Assembly (NCBI GenBank): GCA_902776565.1 | Contig: CACYQN010000013.1 | Location: 71,357 to 135,356, forward strand | From: an uncultured Bacteroidia bacterium | GTDB lineage: Bacteria; Bacteroidota; Bacteroidia; Bacteroidales; ML635J-15 | Reading direction: 5' to 3' | Length of the DNA stretch: 64,000 nucleotides | Part shown: positions 54,749-62,655 of the stretch, in pieces | How positions within the stretch are numbered: position 1 is the stretch's first letter | How the letters are laid out: every line of letters begins with the position of its first letter | Notes under the pieces: generated by a model | What the model was told of the DNA's origin: nothing | The model's input: only the letters and a program-made list of their open reading frames with translations | The model's database searches: none | Made by a program: the position numbers and the translations under genes

Positions 54749-55063
54749 ATGACACAGGAAGAAGCAATAAATCGTTTAAGCCGTTACCAGTCGGATACTC
54801 CATCGTCTTGGCGTAAGGAGGAAGAAAAGCGTCTTAAGGCAAAATCCGATGGATGGTTACAGTATTCCCGTAAAATTGCCATAAAATTGGCGATTGCAAT
54901 GAAGCAACAGAATCTTTCACGACAAGATGTTGCCGAAAGGATGGGTTGTTCTCCGCAGTATGTTTCGCGACTTTTGAAAGGCGAAGAAAACCTATCGCTC
55001 GAAACAATCTGTAAGTTGGAGAATGCATTGAATATTTCTATATTGCAGTATGAGTTTGCATAA
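54749..55063 (+). CDS. XRE-family helix-turn-helix protein
   Basis: 'LSRQDVAERMGCSPQYVSRLLKGEENLSLETICKLENAL'. Confidence 0.8.
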   Translation: MTQEEAINRLSRYQSDTPSSWRKEEEKRLKAKSDGWLQYSRKIAIKLAIAMKQQNLSRQDVAERMGCSPQYVSRLLKGEENLSLETICKLENALNISILQYEFA

Positions 55064-55123
55064 ATTTTTTCGGATTTGAAATCAAAATACGGCAAAATGC
55101 TCTCGATTAAAGAATACTAATAC

Positions 55124-56191
55124 ATGGCTCAATGGCGAAAAAATAAAATACAACGCGAAAACGGCGAATGGGTTGATGCTCAGTTCCCTGTAATTGTTTC
55201 GGCAAGTCGTAGCACTGACATTCCAGCCTTCTATTCCGACTGGTTTTTCCATCGGCTGAAAGTAGGCTACTCGGCATGGACAAATCCGTTCAATGGCGTG
55301 AAAAGCTATGTGGCGTACGGCGACACCCGGTTCATCGTCTTCTGGTCGAAAAACCCCGAGCCACTGCTGAAACACCTTGATTATTTGCAGGAGCGGAGCA
55401 TTGGCTGTTACATTCAATACACTCTGAACGACTATGTTGCGGAAGGTTTGGAACGAGGTGTGCCATCGCTTGAAAAGCGGATTGAAACATTTCGGCAATT
55501 AGTTGAAAAATTAGGCAAGGGCAGGGTCGTTTGGCGTTTCGACCCGCTGATTCTGACGGATAAGATTTCGATTGACGATTTGCTTTGCAAGCTCGAGAAT
55601 ATCGGTAACAAATTGGTCGGATATACGGAAAAGGTGGTTTTCAGTTTTGCCGACATCGCCCTGTACAAAAAGGTGAAGGCAAATCTTGAGAAAAGCAAGG
55701 TCAATTATTCCGAATGGACAAAAGAGCAAATGGTTGACTTTGCCAAGCGATTGGTGGAATTGAACAAATCGAACAACTGGAACTACACTTTGGCGACCTG
55801 TGGCGAAGCGGTTGACCTTGACGGCATATCGCACAACCATTGCGTTGATGACAACCTGATGATTCGCTTTGCGTACAATGATAAGGTTCTGATGGATTTC
55901 TTAGGGGTGGAAATCAAGACCATTGAAAAAAGTTTGTTTGGTGCAGGGCCTATTCCCTCTAACGCCATTATGCTGAATGCCAACCAGTACGCCATAAAGC
56001 ACAAGGACAACCGCGACAAAGGTCAGCGTACCGCTTGCGGATGTATGGTGAGCAAGGACATCGGCGAATACAACACCTGTCCGCACCTGTGTGAATATTG
56101 CTATGCAAATGCTAGCAAAGAGGTAGCGGTAAAGAATTATGAGCAAGCAAAATTAACAGATTGGAAATCAGAAACGATAACGGGGAAATGA
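55124..56191 (+). CDS. DUF1848 domain protein
   Basis: 'VIVSASRSTDIPAFYSDWFFHRL' N-terminus and C-terminal Cys cluster 'CGCMVSKDIGEYNTCPHLCEYCYAN', recalled as DUF1848 features. Confidence 0.65.
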   Translation: MAQWRKNKIQRENGEWVDAQFPVIVSASRSTDIPAFYSDWFFHRLKVGYSAWTNPFNGVKSYVAYGDTRFIVFWSKNPEPLLKHLDYLQERSIGCYIQYTLNDYVAEGLERGVPSLEKRIETFRQLVEKLGKGRVVWRFDPLILTDKISIDDLLCKLENIGNKLVGYTEKVVFSFADIALYKKVKANLEKSKVNYSEWTKEQMVDFAKRLVELNKSNNWNYTLATCGEAVDLDGISHNHCVDDNLMIRFAYNDKVLMDFLGVEIKTIEKSLFGAGPIPSNAIMLNANQYAIKHKDNRDKGQRTACGCMVSKDIGEYNTCPHLCEYCYANASKEVAVKNYEQAKLTDWKSETITGK

Positions 56192-56228
56192 AAATTAATT
56201 TTAACGCAAAAACAAAAAATAATAGGAT

Positions 56229-57668
56229 ATGACAGACATTAGCATTAAGACAGAACGAGTTTTCAGCATCTTTCATGAACTGAACCAGATACCGCGTCCA
56301 TCGCATCACGAAGAGCGGGTGGCTGATTATCTCTGCAAGTTTGCAGAACGAAATCATCTGGAGTACGAACGCGACAAGGAAAATTGTGTCGTGATACGCA
56401 AGCCAGCCACTCCTGGTCACGAACAGGCCGAAACCATCGTGTTGCTGAACCACATGGATATGGTGTGCGTGGGTATGGGCGACCCGCTGAACGATCCCAT
56501 TGAAGCCTACGAAGATAACGGATGGATGAAGGCGCGTGGTACATCGTTGGGTGCCGACAATGGTATTGGTCTGTCGATGGCTCTTGCTGTACTCGAGGAC
56601 GATAGCATTGTACATCCTGCCCTTGAGGTCATCGCTACGACTAACGAGGAAGACGGAATGTCGGGTGCTTCGCAGTTGAGCAAGGATTTTCTGAAAGGCC
56701 GTAAGGTCATCAACCTCGATTCGGAGGACTACGACACCATCACGACCGGTGCCGCAGGAGCCTGCTTGCAGTTCCATAGCATTCCAATTAGCAGACAGTT
56801 GGCTCCAGAAGGTGTGCGTAGCTGGTATCGTATCCGTATGGAGGGCGGACTCGGTGGTCATTCTGGTGTCGATATCAACAAAGGCCGTTGCAGTGCAGTG
56901 ATTCCTACAAAGTTCATACTGAAAGATATTTGTAAGGAAGAGTGGGTTGATGTTGCCAGTATTGAAATTGGTGAGGCAAATGCTTCAATAGCCTCGAAAG
57001 GGGAGATAGTGATTTGCATTGCCGATGAGTACTCTGAAATAGTAAGAAAAAGAATCAATACTATCAATCAGCGTTTATTCGGGGAATACCGCAGTAGCGA
57101 TCCTGGCATGACATGTGGAATCGAGGAATGCGACAAACAGGATACAATCATTCCAAAGACAGTTATTAATGCCCTCGCAGGCTGTCTTGAGCAACTGCCG
57201 CAAGGCATGGTGAAGATGAGCGAGGCTATGCCTGGCACTGTGGAAACTTCAAACAATATCGGACGAATTGTTGCAGAAAAGGACCGCATTTTTGTTTCGA
57301 CACATACACGCAGCTTTATCGACAACGATATGGTAGCGCTAAGCAAAGATATAGCAAAGACCTTTGCTGCTGCTGGTGCCAATTCCGAAGTTGTGATGTC
57401 TGCTCCAGCCTGGCAGGAGGACCAGCAGTCGTCATTCTTGCAGCTGGTAAGCAACACATTCCAGGATGTGTTGGGTTGGCGTCCTCGCATGGTAGCCATG
57501 CACTTTGTATTGGAAGCAGGCTTCTTTGTACAGCATTATCCGGGCATCCAGATAGCCAGCATTGGACCTCGAATCGTGGAACCACATTCTACCAGCGAGC
57601 GAGTTGAACTATCTACCATTCACGACATCTGGCAGGTACTGCTCGAATTGTTGAAGCGTTTGGCGTAG
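56229..57668 (+). CDS. pepD: Aminoacyl-histidine (Xaa-His) dipeptidase, M20 family
   Basis: 'IPRPSHHEERVADYL', 'LLNHMDMV', 'GADNGIG', 'TTNEEDGMSGA'. Confidence 0.9.
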   Translation: MTDISIKTERVFSIFHELNQIPRPSHHEERVADYLCKFAERNHLEYERDKENCVVIRKPATPGHEQAETIVLLNHMDMVCVGMGDPLNDPIEAYEDNGWMKARGTSLGADNGIGLSMALAVLEDDSIVHPALEVIATTNEEDGMSGASQLSKDFLKGRKVINLDSEDYDTITTGAAGACLQFHSIPISRQLAPEGVRSWYRIRMEGGLGGHSGVDINKGRCSAVIPTKFILKDICKEEWVDVASIEIGEANASIASKGEIVICIADEYSEIVRKRINTINQRLFGEYRSSDPGMTCGIEECDKQDTIIPKTVINALAGCLEQLPQGMVKMSEAMPGTVETSNNIGRIVAEKDRIFVSTHTRSFIDNDMVALSKDIAKTFAAAGANSEVVMSAPAWQEDQQSSFLQLVSNTFQDVLGWRPRMVAMHFVLEAGFFVQHYPGIQIASIGPRIVEPHSTSERVELSTIHDIWQVLLELLKRLA

Positions 57669-57716
57669 TTGTGGTGAAACTAATGTTATGATTGCGATTT
57701 GTTGGATTTGGACGGG

Positions 57717-57782
57717 GAGGTAAAGAATTACGAGCAAGAAAAACTAACAGATTGGAAAATCAGAAACGATAACGGGAAATGA
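57717..57782 (+). pseudogene. Relic 3' end of a DUF1848-type gene (21 codons plus stop)
   Basis: Translates to 'EVKNYEQEKLTDWKIRNDNGK*', against 'EVAVKNYEQAKLTDWKSETITGK*' at the end of 55124..56191. The DNA is about 90% identical over about 65 bp to 56129-56194. Confidence 0.7.
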
Positions 57783-57824
57783 AAAATCGGCAATTGGAAT
57801 TGTCGAAATTATCGAGAATTTGTT

Positions 57825-57832
57825 TACTTTTG
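57825..57832 (+). promoter_or_regulatory. -7 box (TActTTTG) for the Sel1/ATPase/unknown/MTase-like operon
   Basis: tacttttg lies about 80 nt upstream of the ATG at 57914. Confidence 0.45.
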
Positions 57833-57913
57833 CAACATATATATTATATTGTTTTAAATTATTATTGCATCAGTAATAGTCCACTAAACGAAAAAACGAT
57901 TAAAGGATAAATT

Positions 57914-58414
57914 ATGGATATAAAAAAAGTAATATCGGACTATATGAATTACAGCTTTTCCTATACTGAGTGGTATGAAAAAGCATTATACGAGGATGAT
58001 ACTCTTTCGATAATAAACATTGGTACTGATTATGCTAAAGCAGAAATGTACGAACATGCTGTTACATGTTGGAAATATATCGCAGATAAGGGGTGCGGAA
58101 ATCCTGATGTTTATAGCAATCTAGGAGTGTCGTATTATTACGGTAATGGTGTGGAGCGAGATTACAAAAAAGCCGTATCATACTACCAACGTGCGGCCGC
58201 AATGAATCATCCATTCGGGATGTACAATCTTGCTGTTGCATGTGAATATGGTAATGGTACACCAAAGGATAAGGGCAAAGCAGTTGAGTTTTATCGTAAG
58301 GCTGCAGAAAAAGGTGTAAACCAAGCTATTGATGCTTTAATTAGATTAGGATTGTATGATGAAATAAATGGCTTGGCTTTTTATGGAAGAAATATGAATG
58401 ATGATTCGTTTTAA
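57914..58414 (+). CDS. Sel1-like repeat (SLR/TPR-family) protein
   Basis: Three units of the 'G.GV..D...A..YY..AA..G...' type, for example 'YYYGNGVERDYKKAVSYYQRAAAMNH' and 'CEYGNGTPKDKGKAVEFYRKAAEKG'. Confidence 0.8.
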   Translation: MDIKKVISDYMNYSFSYTEWYEKALYEDDTLSIINIGTDYAKAEMYEHAVTCWKYIADKGCGNPDVYSNLGVSYYYGNGVERDYKKAVSYYQRAAAMNHPFGMYNLAVACEYGNGTPKDKGKAVEFYRKAAEKGVNQAIDALIRLGLYDEINGLAFYGRNMNDDSF

Positions 58415-58425
58415 AGACTATTATT

Positions 58426-59466
58426 ATGGCTGGATATTATTTTCACTTACCTGCAATAACGCAGTTGACAATTCCGCAACAAGCGGCATTGAATGAACCT
58501 CGACCAATAGCATTATCGGGTGGTCCAGGAACAGGCAAAAGTGTTGTTTCTTTATGGAGACACATAAATAATTACGAAAACAGAAAAAGAAGTTTATTGC
58601 TAACTTATACAACAACCCTAAAAGAATACCTAAAAAGATGTTGTGAAACCCAAAATACATCTGCTGCAACAAATATAGGGACATCGTATCGTAATCGTCC
58701 TCATCAAAATTGGAGTGAGATAATTGTTGATGAAGCTCAAGATTTAGAAAATGATTACTATGGAGACATAAAACAATATGGTAATGTGTCTTACGGTGCA
58801 GATGATTCACAGATTTTATATCCAAGCCATTGTTCAAAACAAAATGAGTTGAGAACTTTATTTCCATCAAATGTTCTATGTGTATTGAATAAAAATTTTA
58901 GAAGCACACAGAGGATTATGAAATTTGCGAAACAAGCTTTTCCGAATGCTGTTATTCCCCAGCAAACCATTAATGATTTAGCAAGCAATATAGGAGAATG
59001 GCCTGTTATGCTTATTTCCAATAACAAATCCAAACAAAATGAAGCATTGGTTCAGATAGTTAATTCTTTTAGAGCAGATGACCAAAATATTGCTATTCTA
59101 TTGCCTTTTAAAGAAGAGAATAGTCTTTCTGTATCAAACAAAAACAATGTTAGATATTTCGAAGATATAATAAAAACAATAGGTGTTGAGTATAGTGTAT
59201 ATTATGAAGACCAAGTTCGTTTTCCAAATGGTTGTGGAAAAATTAGCAATATACATCTCACAACATTTAAATCGGCCAAAGGATTAGAATTTGACACGGT
59301 TATAATTCCTAACTTTGATTTATATCCAAAAGTATGTGAAGATAGCTATGTAAACAAATGGCAAGATTTTTATGTTGCTTGCACACGAGCAAGAAGCAAT
59401 CTTTATCTTATAAGTAATTATGATTCTCAAAATTTAGATTCTGTAACAGACAAACAAAATTTATAA
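58426..59466 (+). CDS. Minimal UvrD/Rep-like SF1 ATPase (346 aa; core 1A/2A motifs only)
   Basis: 'LSGGPGTGKS' (Walker A), 'IIVDEAQDL', 'NFRSTQRI', 'TFKSAKGLEFDTVIIPNF', 'FYVACTRARSNLYLI'. Confidence 0.8.
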   Translation: MAGYYFHLPAITQLTIPQQAALNEPRPIALSGGPGTGKSVVSLWRHINNYENRKRSLLLTYTTTLKEYLKRCCETQNTSAATNIGTSYRNRPHQNWSEIIVDEAQDLENDYYGDIKQYGNVSYGADDSQILYPSHCSKQNELRTLFPSNVLCVLNKNFRSTQRIMKFAKQAFPNAVIPQQTINDLASNIGEWPVMLISNNKSKQNEALVQIVNSFRADDQNIAILLPFKEENSLSVSNKNNVRYFEDIIKTIGVEYSVYYEDQVRFPNGCGKISNIHLTTFKSAKGLEFDTVIIPNFDLYPKVCEDSYVNKWQDFYVACTRARSNLYLISNYDSQNLDSVTDKQNL

Positions 59467-59468
59467 TT

Positions 59469-61142
59469 ATGAATACATATTATTTCCCAATACAATCAAC
59501 ATCACTTGCGCATTATTTGGGAGGTGCTTGCATTAAGGCGGCCAAATATTTCAACAACAAGCCACAAGACATTCAAGACAAGTATAACGATTTCCTGTTG
59601 CTTACAAGTAAAAAAGGAACGACAGAAACTGATTGTTGTCTGGAATTAGTATTAACCGATGATGAAATCAAGGATTTGATTGATGTAAAAGAAAATTGGT
59701 ATTTGTTTGATACAAAGCCTCTTCCAATAACAAGAATAAAGAAAATTTATTTTTCAAATAAGGAGCAAAAAGATGTTACTATAACTAACATTACAATGAG
59801 TACCTCGTATGTACCTAGTAATTTGGTTGAAATATGCAAGTTTGACAACAATAGTAGTGATAGTATTCAAATACCAAAAGATTGCCAAGGTGTTGATCAA
59901 ACAAATAAGATAAATCAATATGATAGATTTTTAGGAGCCTTGGCTTTGATGCGAATTGCTCACGAGCCATCTATGAATTATTCTCAGAATTACATCGCTA
60001 CATTATCTTTCTTTAATCAGGAAATTGAAAAGCAATTAAAATCAAATGAAAAATTATCGTATGATAAAAAATTCCCATATAGAGGAATATTTAGCAATAA
60101 TAATGGTTTTAAGAAAATATTACCATATTTAGAACAGCTTATTAATGAAGATTCATTAAACAGAATTGCCCAAGAGAACAATCAAGTTGTTAAGAAAGAT
60201 AAAATTACAAGAATTATAGATGTAGAAAGTTTTGATGACACAGGGACTTATACTATAGCCATACTAAACACATACGGTGTCGGTGACGAATCTAGGAAAA
60301 AGAGAGTCGACGGATTAATTCAATCTAATTTTAGCACTTTGAAAGAAGGAAAACAAGAAGGTGTTGCTTTATGTTATGGTTATAATCGTGGCTATTCTGC
60401 TTTTACCAAAAATTATGGTGATGTCGCGTTCAAATACAAACTAGAGAGCCAATTGGACTACTACACAATTGAATCGGTATACCAGTATGTGTTTAATGGT
60501 ATTGTATCATCCGATTTTCCATATTTGGATAGTTGGTGTCCAAAACTTAATCCTAAACTTTCTAAAATTGAAAAAAAATATTTGAATTATGTAATACTTG
60601 ACGAAGTAATCATTGGTAAAAAAGATTCAAATGATTCTTCACCAAAATGGTGGAATGTTTTTTCTCAAAAATTAGAAAAAATACTTGGCTCAAAAGCTAA
60701 AGATATTTTGGAATCAATTAAGCCTATTATAGAAAATGATGTGTATAAGTGCATAAAAGACGAGGTACAAGAATCTTTTGGTAAAAATAATCAACAAGAA
60801 GTTTTATTGCAAAATGAATTGAATGCATTAAAAGAAAAATTAAGCGAAGCAGAGAAACAAAACAGAATGCTTCAAAACGAATTAAAATCCAGTACAATTA
60901 ATAATTATCCGAGGTATCAAAGTGGCCCTGTTAGAAGCCAAGAGGTTGTTGCAGAATCTATTCCAGATTATGGAACAAATTCAAGGGAAGAAAAGTTAAA
61001 GGATGCTATAGTTAAGTATCAAGATTGCACATTGGGTGGGTTAAAGGCTAAGGCAAGAAAACAGAAGCAGAAAATAAACGATGATATAAAACTTGGCGAC
61101 TTATTACAGAATTTGACAAATAATAATGATTTATTTTCATAA
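59469..61142 (+). CDS. Hypothetical protein (557 aa) with a C-terminal coiled coil; no family recognised
   Basis: Long uninterrupted ORF 2 nt after the ATPase gene. 'LLQNELNALKEKLSEAEKQNRMLQNELKS' coiled-coil segment. Confidence 0.7.
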   Translation: MNTYYFPIQSTSLAHYLGGACIKAAKYFNNKPQDIQDKYNDFLLLTSKKGTTETDCCLELVLTDDEIKDLIDVKENWYLFDTKPLPITRIKKIYFSNKEQKDVTITNITMSTSYVPSNLVEICKFDNNSSDSIQIPKDCQGVDQTNKINQYDRFLGALALMRIAHEPSMNYSQNYIATLSFFNQEIEKQLKSNEKLSYDKKFPYRGIFSNNNGFKKILPYLEQLINEDSLNRIAQENNQVVKKDKITRIIDVESFDDTGTYTIAILNTYGVGDESRKKRVDGLIQSNFSTLKEGKQEGVALCYGYNRGYSAFTKNYGDVAFKYKLESQLDYYTIESVYQYVFNGIVSSDFPYLDSWCPKLNPKLSKIEKKYLNYVILDEVIIGKKDSNDSSPKWWNVFSQKLEKILGSKAKDILESIKPIIENDVYKCIKDEVQESFGKNNQQEVLLQNELNALKEKLSEAEKQNRMLQNELKSSTINNYPRYQSGPVRSQEVVAESIPDYGTNSREEKLKDAIVKYQDCTLGGLKAKARKQKQKINDDIKLGDLLQNLTNNNDLFS

Positions 61143-61153
61143 AAGATTTTAAA

Positions 61154-62629
61154 ATGTCAATATTTGATTCGTTATATAATGCTGCTACTGACATTAGTTC
61201 ATTAGATTCATTTTTAAAGAGAAACATTACCAACATTGCTGATTTTTGTTCTGAAAATGTTGAAACACAAAAAATAGAATTGGACAAATTTGAATATTTT
61301 GTCCTTTTCAAAACGAGTGTTATTAAAGATCTTGATTATTCGAAAAGCTACAATCGTGCGTTTGTTTATTACTTGGTGGAGTATTGTGAACGCTTCTGTT
61401 CTACATCTGCAATAGTGCAATTATACCAAATAATACAAGATAATAATCTTAACATAGGTTCTCGTCTTGACGCTGCAATGTTATATTTATACAACACACC
61501 TTCAAACGATGTGTTTGTTGAACGATTTGAGGAAATATGTGCTAAATTACAAATAGCTATCAACGAAGAAGATGATGATGACAAAAAATCAATTGCTTCC
61601 TTTTTGAACTATTATTCTTATGTAATATACAACACTTCACAAGACTTTGCTCAAAAGTTACAATCTAAATACACAATTGCTCTTGAGAATAAGAATCTTC
61701 CTTTTCTAAAAAACAATTTAATAAGAGAAAGCCTATCCCTTGATATTCAAGATTCGGGAAATACATACCAAACCATTCAAGCTAATATTGACAAAATATT
61801 AGGTAAAAAAGAGAGTGGTGATATTATATCCTATATAACAAACGATGATTTCTTAATTGAAACAAGTACAAATTATGCAGAATTACTAAAAAAAGTATCT
61901 CCCAAATTTCAAGCAATTAGAGACATTTCTGTCAAACAATTCAATCAATATGAGAATCAAAATGATATATTTTATTCATTGGGACGAGGTGTAAAAATAT
62001 TAAATGAAGATGCTCAATTATACTCCTACATAAATAGTTATGGAAATATGCACGAAGCGAAAATGCTTTCGGCCTTACAATATTTACCTTTAGATGAACT
62101 TTATTGTAAAAACATTGAAATATTTGATTGGGCATGTGGTCAAGGTTTAGCTAGTACGATTTTATTCGAATACATCAACAACCATAAATCGAATTTGAAT
62201 ATTCGCCGTGTTGTTTTAATTGAACCATCAGAAATTGCGTTAAAACGGGCGGCTTTACATGTGAGACATTTCGATAGTCAATGTGAAATAAAAACAGTTT
62301 TAAAAGATATTGATTCTGTACAATTTGCTGATATACAAAGCAATACCAATGCTATTAAGATTCATTTATTCTCAAATATTCTTGATGTAGATGGTTTTTC
62401 ATTAGAGCATCTTATCTCATTGGTTGAACAGACACAAAAAGGCAATAACTATTTTGTATGTGTAAGTCCATATATTACAGATGCAAAAACAGCCCGTATT
62501 GATGAATTTGTACAGCATTTTGCAAACAATTATAATTCTTACAAAACTTATTACGAAGTTGAAAATCAAAAAGGTGATTGGAAAAACAATTGGACAAGAG
62601 TAGTAAGGGTTTTCAAAGTTAATTTATAA
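61154..62629 (+). CDS. Protein with a helical N-terminal half and a C-terminal class-I SAM-methyltransferase-like Rossmann domain
   Basis: 'IEIFDWACGQGLAS' (motif I-like), 'RVVLIEPSEIAL' (acidic end of beta-2), 'IHLFSNILDV'. No (D/N)PP(Y/F) motif seen. Confidence 0.55.
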   Translation: MSIFDSLYNAATDISSLDSFLKRNITNIADFCSENVETQKIELDKFEYFVLFKTSVIKDLDYSKSYNRAFVYYLVEYCERFCSTSAIVQLYQIIQDNNLNIGSRLDAAMLYLYNTPSNDVFVERFEEICAKLQIAINEEDDDDKKSIASFLNYYSYVIYNTSQDFAQKLQSKYTIALENKNLPFLKNNLIRESLSLDIQDSGNTYQTIQANIDKILGKKESGDIISYITNDDFLIETSTNYAELLKKVSPKFQAIRDISVKQFNQYENQNDIFYSLGRGVKILNEDAQLYSYINSYGNMHEAKMLSALQYLPLDELYCKNIEIFDWACGQGLASTILFEYINNHKSNLNIRRVVLIEPSEIALKRAALHVRHFDSQCEIKTVLKDIDSVQFADIQSNTNAIKIHLFSNILDVDGFSLEHLISLVEQTQKGNNYFVCVSPYITDAKTARIDEFVQHFANNYNSYKTYYEVENQKGDWKNNWTRVVRVFKVNL

Positions 62630-62655
62630 TAGTATTTTTACACAAGCATTTTCTC

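Noticed and set aside
54749-56191. XRE HTH protein plus DUF1848 protein as a possible toxin-antitoxin or defence pair
   Set aside because: The genes are 60 nt apart at backbone composition. I know of no established functional link between them. The evidence goes no further than adjacency.
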